Shown: one piece after another, positions 38,759 to 48,607 of the stretch
Layout: each line of letters begins with the position of its first letter
Position numbering within the stretch: the first letter of the stretch is position 1
Assembly (NCBI GenBank): GCA_025356175.1
Contig: JANXUP010000039.1
Location: 2,174-66,173 of the forward strand
Length of the DNA stretch: 64,000 nt
Source of the DNA: Sphingomonadaceae bacterium
GTDB lineage: Bacteria; Pseudomonadota; Alphaproteobacteria; Sphingomonadales; Sphingomonadaceae
Reading direction: 5' to 3'
Notes under the pieces: model-generated
What the model was told of the DNA's origin: nothing
Seen by the model: the letters and a program-made list of their open reading frames with translations, nothing else
Databases searched by the model: none
Translations under genes and position numbers: made by a program

Positions 38759-41700
38759 ATGGGCATGGGGAAGACTCGATCAACTCGGCATGTCAAAGCG
38801 GCGGCGGCCCCGCGCTCGGCTCCGCAGGCCAAGTCGGGCGATGGTCCGAACGATAACCGCCCGAACGATAGCGGCCCGAACGATAGCGATCCGAATGATA
38901 ACGGCACAGAACGAGCTGGCCATATGATCGTGGGCATCGGTGCATCGGCCGGCGGGCTTGACGCGTTCCGCTCGTTCATTTCGGAGATGCCGGCCGATAG
39001 CGGCATGGCCTTTGTTCTGATCCAGCATCTGGACCCCGATTACAACAGCGCGCTGGCCGAAATAATTGGCGATTGCACGACGATGCCGGTGGTGAAGGCC
39101 GCTGATGGAACCATCGCCGCTCCGAACACCGTTGCCGTTATTCCGCAAAATGCGATTCTGAAAATCGAGGGCGGCGTGTTGCGGGTCGCTCCGCCCGAAA
39201 CGCCCACGGCGCGGCGGTCGTCGATCGATACCTTTCTGGTGTCACTGGCCGAAGATCAGGGTGAAAACGCCGTCGGGATCATCCTGTCGGGATTCGGCAG
39301 CGACGGCACGATCGGGATCGCGGCGATCAAGGAAGCTGGCGGCCTGACCCTTAGCGAAGCCGCGTTCGACCATCGCGCCAAGTTGGGCATGCCCCAAAGC
39401 GCTACCGCCAGCGGCTTTGTCGACTTTGTCCTGCAACCCCATGAAATGCCGGCGTGCTTGCTGGAATACCGGGACTTCAAATCCAGAGCGGCGCGCCATC
39501 CCCTGTTGGAATCGGCGGGCGCGGGCCGGAACAATCATCTGGTGACTATCTGCGCGGTGCTTAACAGCCGCCTGGGCCGCGATTTTGGCCAATACAAATT
39601 CAGCACGATGATGCGCCGAGTCCGCCGGCGCATGCAGGTGCTCCATATTGAAGACCCCAGCGAATACATCGCGCAGCTGCGCAAGCTGCCGAATGAACCT
39701 GATCTCCTGTTCCGGGAAATCCTGATTGGCGTAACCCGGCTGTTCCGTGACCCCGCCATGTTCGAAGCGCTGGCCGAGACCGTCTTGCCGGATTTGATTG
39801 CCAACGGCGGCCCGGACGACCCGATCCGCGTGTGGGTGGCGGGCTGCGCGACGGGCGAGGAGGCCTATTCGCTCGCCATTTTGTTCAAAGAGGCGTTAGC
39901 GCATGCCGAATCTACCCGAAAAGTTACGATCTTTGCGACCGATATAGATGACCGGGCTGTCATCATCGCCCGCGCCGGAATTTATAGCGATGCGATTGAG
40001 GCTGACACTACGGTCGAACGGTTGGAACGTCACTTTATCAAAGAGGGCCATCGCTACCGGGTGGCGAAAAATATTCGCGATATGTGTGTTTTTTCCACGC
40101 ACGACCTGGTCAAGGACCCGCCGTTCTCAAAACTCGATATGGTATCGTGCCGGAATTTGTTGATTTATTTTGAATTGCCATTGCAGCAACGCGTTATCGC
40201 AAGCTTCCATTACGGGCTCAAACCCAATGGATTTTTATGGCTCGGCCCTTCAGAAACCATTGCCGCCAGTGCGCGGCTGTTCAAGGCGTTTGACAAGCGT
40301 AGCCGGATTTTCAGGCGGAACGACGTCGCCGCTGAAATCCCGCGGAGCCCGCCAACCAGCCGGATGAGCGGAACACCCCCCATTCAGCGTAGCGTTGAGG
40401 GCGACGGCATCGACGCGCAAGCCGCGCGGATGATGACGCAGCACGCGCCGGCCTATATCGTGATCGACGGCCAGCACGAGATCCAGCGGTTCTCGGGATC
40501 GGTCGCGAAATTCATGGAGCCGGTCAGCGGCGGCGCCAGCCTGAACCTGTTCCGGATGCTGCACGCCCAGCTGCGCCCGCCAGTCCGCAGCCTTGTTCGC
40601 AAAGCGGTTGAACAGCAGCGGTTGATCCAGGAAACGGTCACCTTTCAGGTCGCGGCTCAGGTTCACACAATCAACCTGATCGCCGAACCGATGGCTGAAT
40701 CGGCTGGCGGTAAGAACTGTTTATTGCTGGCATTCCAGGAACTGCCGGCTGCCTCAACAGGTTTGCTCGATAAATCTGACCATGACGTCCCTGCTGTCGA
40801 TCCTGAACACGGCGAACTGGTTGCGGCACGGGAGAAGCTGCAGACCATTACCGAGGAATTGGAGACCGCGAACGAGGAACTGCAAAGTTCCAACGAGGAG
40901 TTTCAATCGGTCAACGAGGAATTGCATTCGACGGTAGAGGAGCTGGAAACTTCCAAGGAAGAGCTGCAGTCGATCAACGAAGAGCTGCAAACCGTCAACG
41001 CCGAGCTGAACAATCGGGCCGACAGCCTGGTCAGGTCAAACAGCGATCTGGCCAATCTGTTCGATAGCACCTCGATCGCGACGCTGTTCCTCGACAACGG
41101 ATCGCATATCCGCCGATTTACCCCCGCGATCACTGATATTTTCAATATCCGGGACGGCGACGAAGGCCGCCTCATCAGTGACTTCTCATCCCGCCTGGCC
41201 GGTTCCGCGCTGACCCAGGACATCGCCGCAGTGCTGCGTGATCTGGGTTCGCTGGAACGCGAAGCCGAATCAAAGGATGGCGCGGCGACCTATCTGGTCC
41301 GGGTCAAACCGTACCGCGATCTCAACAATGTTATCGACGGCGTCGTCATCACGCTCATCGATATTTCGGAACGCAAACTGCTGGAACGCGACAGAGCTCA
41401 TCTGGCGGCCATCGTCACCTCTTCGCAGGATGCGATCCTCAGTCACGATCTCGACGGGAAAATCACCAGCTGGAACGCTGGCGCGGAAAAGATCTATGGC
41501 TACACCGCCGACGAGATCATCGGACAACCAATGTCCACGTTGTTGGACGATATCCAGGTCAATGAGTGGCCTGAAAATCTGGCCCGGCTCCAGCGCGGAG
41601 AGCTGATAAAAGATATCGATATCAGCCGGGTGACCAAGGGCGACCGGGTTATCTACGTCTCACTGACGATTTCACCCATGCGCGATGCGCAAGGCGCGAT

Positions 41701-42385
41701 CATCGGGGCATCCGCCGTCGCGCGTGACATAGCTACGCGAAAAATAGCTGAGCAGCACTCCGAGATGCTGATGGCCGAACTCGATCACCGGGTTAAAAAC
41801 ATTCTCGCGGTCGTCTCGTCGATGGTCACCCAGACGCTCAAGGCGGGCGGAACCGCCCAGGCGGCGAAGGCGGAGATCGAAGGCCGGATTCAGGCAATCT
41901 CGCGCGCGCATGGCTTGCTGACCGAGCTTGGCGGGGTTGAAGGATCGCTGGCCAAACTCGTGGCGACCTAGCTTAAACCATACAAGCAGCGCGAGAACGT
42001 CACGGCGTCGGGCGACGATGTGGTGCTGACCTCGCGGGCAAATTTGAGCATGGCCCTGGCGATCCACGAATTGGCGACCAATGCGGTCAAATACGGCGCG
42101 CTCTCGACCGAAGAGGGGCATCTCGATGTGACCTGGCAGGTTACGGGTTCAGGCGACACGTCCGAACTTGAGCTGGTGTGGCTGGAAACCGGCGGGCCGC
42201 CCGTTTCAGCGCCCACCGGCCGGGGCTATGGAACCAAGCTGATCGAACTGAGCCTGGTCCGCAGTCTGGGCGCCACAGTGAACCGCGAATTCCTTGACGC
42301 CGGGGTGCGCTGCCGGATTTTGGTGCCGCTGACCAGCGACATCGGCCGCTTGCGCACGGCCGATCTTGCGGACGAGGCTTCGTGA
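38759..42385 (+). pseudogene. CheB-CheR-PAS-HWE histidine kinase fusion interrupted by an in-frame TAG at 41969-41971
   Basis: GIGASAGG (CheB), WVAGCATGEEAYS and SCRNLLIYF (CheR), NEELQS coiled coil, PAS, ELDHRVKN. After TAG the same frame continues LKPY...HELATNAVKYGALS...WLETGGP to the stop at 42385. Confidence 0.85.
38846..38905 (+). repeat. 4 x 15-bp imperfect tandem repeat encoding PND(N/S)x
   Basis: ccgaacgataaccgc ccgaacgatagcggc ccgaacgatagcgat ccgaatgataacggc. Confidence 0.9.
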
Positions 42386-42768
42386 CCAGCAGCGGCGCAA
42401 CAAGTTGCAGGGTGCTGGTGATCGAGGATGAGTCACTGGTTGGAATGGAAATCGAGTGTGTGATCGAAGAGCTTGGCCATGAAGTCGTGGGTCCGATCGC
42501 CGAACTGGATGAGGCGCTGGATGTGGCGGCGAACGAGGCACTGTGCTGCGCGATCCTCGACATCAACATCCGCGGCGGCCATTCTTATCCGGTCGCCGAC
42601 ATCCTCCGGGAACGCGGGTTGCCGGTGTTGCTGATGAGCGGCTATGATCGGCAGACCCTGCCCGAACGACTGCACGGGGAGGTCCTTCTCGCCAAGCCCT
42701 TCACATCCGAACAACTGGATACCGCAATTCGCAATTTGTGCGCCAGAGCGGTGATTTCCGTGCAATAG
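42382..42768 (+). CDS. Single-domain response regulator
   Basis: VLVIEDE, ILDINI, MSGY and AKPF receiver motifs. Confidence 0.9.
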   Translation: MTSSGATSCRVLVIEDESLVGMEIECVIEELGHEVVGPIAELDEALDVAANEALCCAILDINIRGGHSYPVADILRERGLPVLLMSGYDRQTLPERLHGEVLLAKPFTSEQLDTAIRNLCARAVISVQ

Positions 42769-42816
42769 CAAAGCGCTGGGCAGAATTTCTGCCGGTTCGC
42801 AGAGGCGATCTTGGTT

Positions 42817-43479
42817 ATGGCGAAAGATTTTCCCATCGTTTGCGTCGGCGGCTCTGCTGGCGGACTTGACGCATATACGCGTCTGCTGAAAAATCTGCCG
42901 GCGGATTTGGGCGTCGCGATCGTCATCGTAAATCACCTGCGCACCGTTTCCACCATGCTGCACCGGATCCTGCCAAGCTACACCGCCATGCCGGTAGAGC
43001 TGATCTCGGACCGGCTCGACGTGCGCCCGAACTGCGTGTTCATTATTCCGGAAAAACGCGATCTCCATGTCGAAAACGGCGAGTTTCGCCTGAAGACGAT
43101 CTCGAAGCCGCATGGCTGGCCCGATGTCGTCACCGTCTTCCTCCGCTCTCTGACCGAGAACTGGGACGGTCAACTGATTGCGGTGATCGTATCAGGCTAT
43201 GACGGCGACGGGGCGGCCGCGCTGTGCGGTATCCGCGAAGTTGGCGGGATCACGATTGCCCAGAAGCTCGATACGGCCGCGCAACCCGATATGCCGCAAA
43301 GCGCCATCGACAGCGGTTGTATCGATTTCATTCTCTCACCCGAACAGATCGCGCAGGAAATCCGCCGGATCGCCGATGGCGACCCGGACGCCCGCCGATA
43401 CCGCCGCAAGCCCGGCAGTCCGTTGCGCTACGTCAACTCGCCGTACGACGTGATCCGAGACGCGTTGCGAATAGACTGA
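42817..43479 (+). CDS. Stand-alone CheB-type methylesterase
   Basis: GGSAGG, NHL, SGYDGDG and DMPQSAI motifs. Confidence 0.85.
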   Translation: MAKDFPIVCVGGSAGGLDAYTRLLKNLPADLGVAIVIVNHLRTVSTMLHRILPSYTAMPVELISDRLDVRPNCVFIIPEKRDLHVENGEFRLKTISKPHGWPDVVTVFLRSLTENWDGQLIAVIVSGYDGDGAAALCGIREVGGITIAQKLDTAAQPDMPQSAIDSGCIDFILSPEQIAQEIRRIADGDPDARRYRRKPGSPLRYVNSPYDVIRDALRID

Positions 43480-43524
43480 CGGCTCCGCCAAGCAGCTGGA
43501 CCAGCACACAAGGAACCGCGTCGG

Positions 43525-44436
43525 ATGCCACAGGTCATTCTCCACCAGTACGATAGCTCGCCATTCTCCGAGAAGGTGCGGATCTGTCTGGGCATCAAGC
43601 GTCTGGCCTGGAGCGCAGTCGACCAGCCGGTCATCATGCCCAAGCCCGACCTGGTGCCGCTGACCGGCGGTTATCGCCGCATCCCGGTGATGCAGATCGG
43701 TGCCGACATCTATTGCGACAGCCAGTTGATCGTGCGCGAGCTTGATCGGCGCTTTCCGGACCGGCCGCTCTTTCCGCGCGGGAGCGAAGGTCTGGCTATC
43801 GGGTTCGAACAATGGTGCGACAAAGGGTTGTTCCAGTCGGCCGTCATGGCAATTTTCGGCTCCATCGGTGACAGCATCGATCCAGCGTTCATCACGGATC
43901 GTGAAGCACTGAGCGGCCAGCCGTTCAACATTGCGGCCATGAAAGCGCTGGCGCCATTCGCCTTCACCCAGATCAAGGCGCATGCCGCATTGCTGGCTGA
44001 GCAACTGGCCGATGGCCGCGCGTTCTTCGCCGGTGAAGATCCATGCCTCGCGGATGCTGCGGCCTATTACAATTTCTGGTTCGTTCGCAGCTTCTGTCCC
44101 GGGCCTGCCGACCGGTTCGCGGATCTTTCGAACTTCGACGCCTGGTATGACCGCGTCACCGCGATCGGCCACGGCACCCGCGCAGGACTGACGCCAGCGC
44201 AGGCGCTTCGGGCAGCCGCCACTGCGGAGCCCGAAGAGATCGGGACGCTGGCTGCCGAGGCTGACTTGAAGGGTAAACCGGTGTCCCTGGCGGCAACCGA
44301 TTATGGCCGCGACCCGATTGTTGGAAGCTTTGCCGGCTCGACACCTTACAGCCTTGCAGTTGCGCGAAATGTGCCGGGCATCGGACTGGTCCAGATCCAT
44401 GTTCCGCGCCTTGGCTATTCGCTCACCCAGACTTAG
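43525..44436 (+). CDS. Glutathione S-transferase family protein
   Basis: SPFSEKVR, GYRRIPV.QIGADIYCDS and ADAA motifs. Confidence 0.88.
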   Translation: MPQVILHQYDSSPFSEKVRICLGIKRLAWSAVDQPVIMPKPDLVPLTGGYRRIPVMQIGADIYCDSQLIVRELDRRFPDRPLFPRGSEGLAIGFEQWCDKGLFQSAVMAIFGSIGDSIDPAFITDREALSGQPFNIAAMKALAPFAFTQIKAHAALLAEQLADGRAFFAGEDPCLADAAAYYNFWFVRSFCPGPADRFADLSNFDAWYDRVTAIGHGTRAGLTPAQALRAAATAEPEEIGTLAAEADLKGKPVSLAATDYGRDPIVGSFAGSTPYSLAVARNVPGIGLVQIHVPRLGYSLTQT

Positions 44437-44614
44437 CAAGAAGCGGCGTTGACCGGATAAAGCGCCGTGCGGGACGTCACTTCCGGACGGCGCTGCCTTG
44501 ACATTTTTGCATAAATCTCACGTGCTTAGGGAACCAATCCAGATACGGTTGGTTCCTGCGACATCGGGTTGCGCCGTCTCTTTTGGCATGCGCCCGCAAC
44601 AGGAGATTTTTTCC

Positions 44615-47600
44615 ATGATTAGTTCGAAAGCGCGATTCGCGCTGCTCAGCAGTGCGTCCACAGCAGTTGCAATTTTCCTCGCGCCTGCGGCCGCGCAGGC
44701 CCAGACGACTACCTGTTCGCAAGTTACCACCAGCGTCACCTGCGTTGACGGCATCAACACCGTGCTGACCGCTACCAATGATCCAGTTACCGCGACCGTC
44801 GCCGGACCCGGGCTGGTCACCACCAACCTCACGGGCGCATCGAACGTCACCTACACCATGACCGGGCCGATCGCGACCACAGGCGTGACGGCGGTCAACA
44901 TGACCTCGACCGGCGGCGCACTGAACTTTGCCCCGGCTGGTTCGACCGCACCTGTCAACATCACCACCACCGGCGGCGCTGGCGCCAACGGGCTGGTTCT
45001 GAACACCGCGGGCCAGGCAGCTACCGTTACCGTCGGCAACATCTCGACCACGGGCACGAACTCGTTCGGTGTGCTGGCCACCGGCGGCACCGACCTGACG
45101 CTCAGGACCGGCAACATCTCGGTCACCGGCGCAGGCAGCACGGCGATCGATGCCGCAGCCCAGACCGGCAACATCAACATCAACGCCGGAAGCATTACCG
45201 CAACCGGTCGCGGTCTGCGCACCGTCGCCACCGGCACCAACACCATCGTCGCCGGCACCGTGACTACGGGTGATCGCGGTATCCTGGCCAACGGCAGCAC
45301 CGTTTCGGTGACTGCGGGCAACATCATCACTTCGACCAACGGCGCGACCACGCCGGGCGGCTACGGCATCGCAGCGCAGGCTTCGACCGGCAATTCGACG
45401 GTTCGCACCGGCACGGTGAGCACGGTCAACGGCGCTGGCATCATCGCGACTTCGGCGGGCCTGACCGGTGCGGTCGATATCGGCGGCTGCTCCAACGTTA
45501 CAACTTCGGGCAACAATGCCACTGCCGTGGTCGGCCAGACCGCGGGTACCGGCTCGGTCACGATCAACTGCGGCGCGCTGACCACCACCGGCGATAACAG
45601 CAATGGCGTCTTCAGCACCTCGAACGGCGGCAACATGCTGGTCACCACGGGCGCGGTGAACACGGCTGGCGTTGGCTCATACGGGATTACCGCCAATACC
45701 ACCGGTGCGGGCACGGTTACCATCAATGCCGGCAACATCACCACCACCGGGCTTGGCTCGACCGGAATCTACAGCCGTGCCGGCACTGGCGCGGTCGATA
45801 TCGGTTATGGCAACATCACCACGTCGGGCACCTTCAGCGGCGGCAACACCGCAGCTGCGCTCGACATTCTCTCCAACGGGTTCGTCAACCTGCGCGGCGC
45901 CGGTTCGACGATCCGTACCAACGGTGCCGGGACGATTGGTGCGCTGGTCTACGGCGCGGGCGTTACCGGTAACCTGGGCAATGTCACTGCCACCGGCCTT
46001 GGCGCACAGGGCGCGCTCATCACTGCGGGTTCGGCTCCGGTTAGTCTGACGGTCGGCAACGTTTCCACCACTGGCAACGCGCTGACGGTCAATGCCGGTG
46101 CCAACGCGGTCACGCTCAACACCGGAACGGTGACTGCCACCGAATTGGGCGCAGCGGGCACGGTGATTAACAGCACCGGCGCGATCACCTTTAACGGCGG
46201 CAAGCAGACTGCCAATGGCGCACCTGCGCTGCGCATCGCCGGCGGAGCGGGCGCGATCAACGCCACCGTTGCCGGCGCGGCGACGACCAATTCGGGTACC
46301 GCAGTGGCAATCAGCGGAACCGGCCCGTTGACCTTCGCCAATACCGGTTCGATCACCACCACCGGGCCAAGCTCGGCCGGGATCTTCATCAGCGGTGTCA
46401 CCACTGCGGCGGTCACTTGCGGCAACGTCTCGACCATCGGGGCCAACAGCCCGGCGGTTGCGATCCTGGCTAACGGCACCACCAATGTAACCTGCGGCAC
46501 GGTCAGCACCACCGGTGCTGCCAGCGATGGCGTGGCGATCACCAACACCGCCGGTACGACCACCTTCACCGGCGGCACGACCACTGCAACCGGGCTCGGC
46601 TCGCGCGGCATCGTGGTCAGCTCGTCGGCTCCAGCGGCAACCGGGCTGGTTACGGTCAACACCGGCGCGGCTACGACCAACGGCAATGCCGTGGTCGCCA
46701 GCTCGACCGGCGGAGCTAACGTGGCGGTCAACACCACCGGCAATGTCACCTCGACTACCGGCACCGGCATCTCCGCCACCACTGCAGGGACAACGCTGGT
46801 CAACATCGCTGCGGGCAACACCGTCACCGGCGTGCAGGGCGTCAATCTGGCCGGTACGGCTGGCAACACGCTGATCGTCAACGGGACGCTGTCCAACACC
46901 AGCGGCACCACGCCGTACACGGTGCTGCCGGGTGGGCCGTTTACGCTTACCCTTGGTGCCAACGGCTCCATCGTCGGCCCTCTGGCCTTCACCGCCGGGA
47001 ACGACACGTTCAACAACCAGGGCACTTACGCGCTGCCGTTGTCGCTCGACTTCCTCGGCGGGACCGACGTGCTCAACAATTCGGGCACGCTGACCGGCTT
47101 TGCCGGGAACGCCTCGATCCTCGGTCTCGAGACCTTCAACAACTCGGGCCTGATCGACATGCGCGATGGCGCGGCCAACGACGTGATCACCCTTGCTGGC
47201 ACCAACTACATCGCCACCGGCAACGCTTCGCTGGGGATCGACGTGGTCGGCAGCGGCGGGGTCAACCTGGCCGACAAGCTGATCATCGGCGGCACCACCA
47301 CCGGGACTACCACCGTGCTGGCGAACTTCGTCAACCCGGTGATCGACCTGACCGGGCCGCTGATCGTCGACTCCTCGCTCAACAACCTGACTTCGGGTCA
47401 GTTCGTGCTCGCCGGTGCGGTCAATCAGGGGCTGATCAACTACGGCATCCAGGTCCGCGGCGGCGACGCCTATCTTGTCTCGACCGCTGATGCCCGGATC
47501 TTCGACACCGTATTCATCGGCCGCCAGATGCGCGACTTGTGGTACAGCTCGGCTGATGCCTACAGCTCGTACGCTACGGCTCGCCGGATCAGCTACGGCC

Positions 47601-48403
47601 AGGAACGCAGCCATCCGCTGGGCATCTGGGCGCAGCTTTACGGTGAGCGCCAGACGTCGGGCGACAACAGCCGCGCGGTATCGGCATTTGGTTCGAACTT
47701 CACCGTTTCCGACCGGATCCGTACCAACATCGAGGGTGCGCAAGGCGGCCTTGACTTCGGTGCGTCGAACTTCGTGATCGGCGTCACCGGCGGCTACGAA
47801 CGCGCCCGTGGGTTCACCCCCAACGCCGCACTGGTTCGTACCGAAGGCCACAACTATGGTGCATATGCCCAGTTCGGCATGACCTCGGGCCTTTATGCCG
47901 GGGTACTGGTCAAGCGTGACGATCTCCACACGACCTACAGCAACGGAGCGATCGTCAACGGCTTTGCCGCACCAAAGTCGCGCACCGATGGGATCGAGGG
48001 CGAAATTGGCCTGCGCACCGGGGGCATGAACAACATCAACTTCGACTTCGGGGTTGGCTTTGCCTATGTCCATTCGAACTTCGATGCGTTCAACTTTGGC
48101 AACATCGCCTTTGCCCGTGACGAGCTCACCAGCGAGCGCGGCCAGGCTCATGCCCGGGCGACGTTCTCGGGCGCGATTGCACCGTTCATCGAAGTTCGCG
48201 GCTTCCACGAATTCCGCGACAGCAACAGCTACCTGCTGCAGAGCGGGCTCGTGACTTCGACCCTCGACGGCTCCAACAAGGGCACCTGGGCGCGGATCGA
48301 AGCCGGTATCGGCGGCGGCAACAAGGGCGGGCCGCTGATCAGCGCCTGGGCCAACGTTGGCGATACCACTGGCTTCGGCCTGCGCGCGGGCTTCCGCTTC
48401 TAA
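44615..48403 (+). CDS. Autotransporter-like surface protein with Thr/Gly/Asn-rich repetitive passenger
   Basis: AGGAG SD and signal peptide (AAAQA); repeated G.(I/V).TTG units; ADKLII autochaperone-like region; barrel from GIWAQ to C-terminal GLRAGFRF. Confidence 0.85.
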   Translation: MISSKARFALLSSASTAVAIFLAPAAAQAQTTTCSQVTTSVTCVDGINTVLTATNDPVTATVAGPGLVTTNLTGASNVTYTMTGPIATTGVTAVNMTSTGGALNFAPAGSTAPVNITTTGGAGANGLVLNTAGQAATVTVGNISTTGTNSFGVLATGGTDLTLRTGNISVTGAGSTAIDAAAQTGNININAGSITATGRGLRTVATGTNTIVAGTVTTGDRGILANGSTVSVTAGNIITSTNGATTPGGYGIAAQASTGNSTVRTGTVSTVNGAGIIATSAGLTGAVDIGGCSNVTTSGNNATAVVGQTAGTGSVTINCGALTTTGDNSNGVFSTSNGGNMLVTTGAVNTAGVGSYGITANTTGAGTVTINAGNITTTGLGSTGIYSRAGTGAVDIGYGNITTSGTFSGGNTAAALDILSNGFVNLRGAGSTIRTNGAGTIGALVYGAGVTGNLGNVTATGLGAQGALITAGSAPVSLTVGNVSTTGNALTVNAGANAVTLNTGTVTATELGAAGTVINSTGAITFNGGKQTANGAPALRIAGGAGAINATVAGAATTNSGTAVAISGTGPLTFANTGSITTTGPSSAGIFISGVTTAAVTCGNVSTIGANSPAVAILANGTTNVTCGTVSTTGAASDGVAITNTAGTTTFTGGTTTATGLGSRGIVVSSSAPAATGLVTVNTGAATTNGNAVVASSTGGANVAVNTTGNVTSTTGTGISATTAGTTLVNIAAGNTVTGVQGVNLAGTAGNTLIVNGTLSNTSGTTPYTVLPGGPFTLTLGANGSIVGPLAFTAGNDTFNNQGTYALPLSLDFLGGTDVLNNSGTLTGFAGNASILGLETFNNSGLIDMRDGAANDVITLAGTNYIATGNASLGIDVVGSGGVNLADKLIIGGTTTGTTTVLANFVNPVIDLTGPLIVDSSLNNLTSGQFVLAGAVNQGLINYGIQVRGGDAYLVSTADARIFDTVFIGRQMRDLWYSSADAYSSYATARRISYGQERSHPLGIWAQLYGERQTSGDNSRAVSAFGSNFTVSDRIRTNIEGAQGGLDFGASNFVIGVTGGYERARGFTPNAALVRTEGHNYGAYAQFGMTSGLYAGVLVKRDDLHTTYSNGAIVNGFAAPKSRTDGIEGEIGLRTGGMNNINFDFGVGFAYVHSNFDAFNFGNIAFARDELTSERGQAHARATFSGAIAPFIEVRGFHEFRDSNSYLLQSGLVTSTLDGSNKGTWARIEAGIGGGNKGGPLISAWANVGDTTGFGLRAGFRF

Positions 48404-48428
48404 CGCGGTCCGGCACGGATCAAGGAAC

Positions 48429-48461
48429 AAGGGCGTCCGGTGCAAACCGGGCGCCCTTTTC
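48429..48461 (+). terminator. Rho-independent terminator
   Basis: aaGGGCGTCCGGT-gcaa-ACCGGGCGCCC-ttttt just after the autotransporter stop. Confidence 0.85.
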
Positions 48462-48607
48462 AATTGGCAAGGTGAGCGGCGGGAAGGGAGCCAGCGAAAA
48501 TGCGCATGGCAGGTGCATTGTTTGCAACGTTAACTTGGCCTCGCTCGTTGTAAGGGCAAACGGGAGGTTTGCGGGCTGTGATTGGCCGCTTGCCCGCAGG
48601 AGGCGTC

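Noticed and set aside
38846-38905. Tandem repeat considered as a mini-CRISPR
   Set aside because: The 15-bp units have no spacers, are in frame within a coding region, and no cas genes are present.
41969-41971. Pyrrolysine or programmed readthrough at the in-frame TAG
   Set aside because: No pyl genes are in the window, and the position corresponds to an ordinary Glu. A point mutation or sequencing error is simpler.
44498-44530. TTGACA -35 hexamer upstream of the autotransporter (another at 38712)
   Set aside because: No convincing -10 element at 16-18 nt spacing, so not reported as promoters.
45677-48463. 928-aa antisense ORF opposite the autotransporter (similarly 10770-11840, 15059-16435, 21891-23600, 51977-53650, 53577-55031, 58281-59777)
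   Set aside because: These are shadow frames produced by strong GC3 bias of the real genes. They have no recognisable motifs and overlap well-supported CDSs.
48500-48545. FNR/FixK box upstream of cydA
   Set aside because: TTGTTTGCAACGTT does not fit TTGAT-N4-ATCAA.
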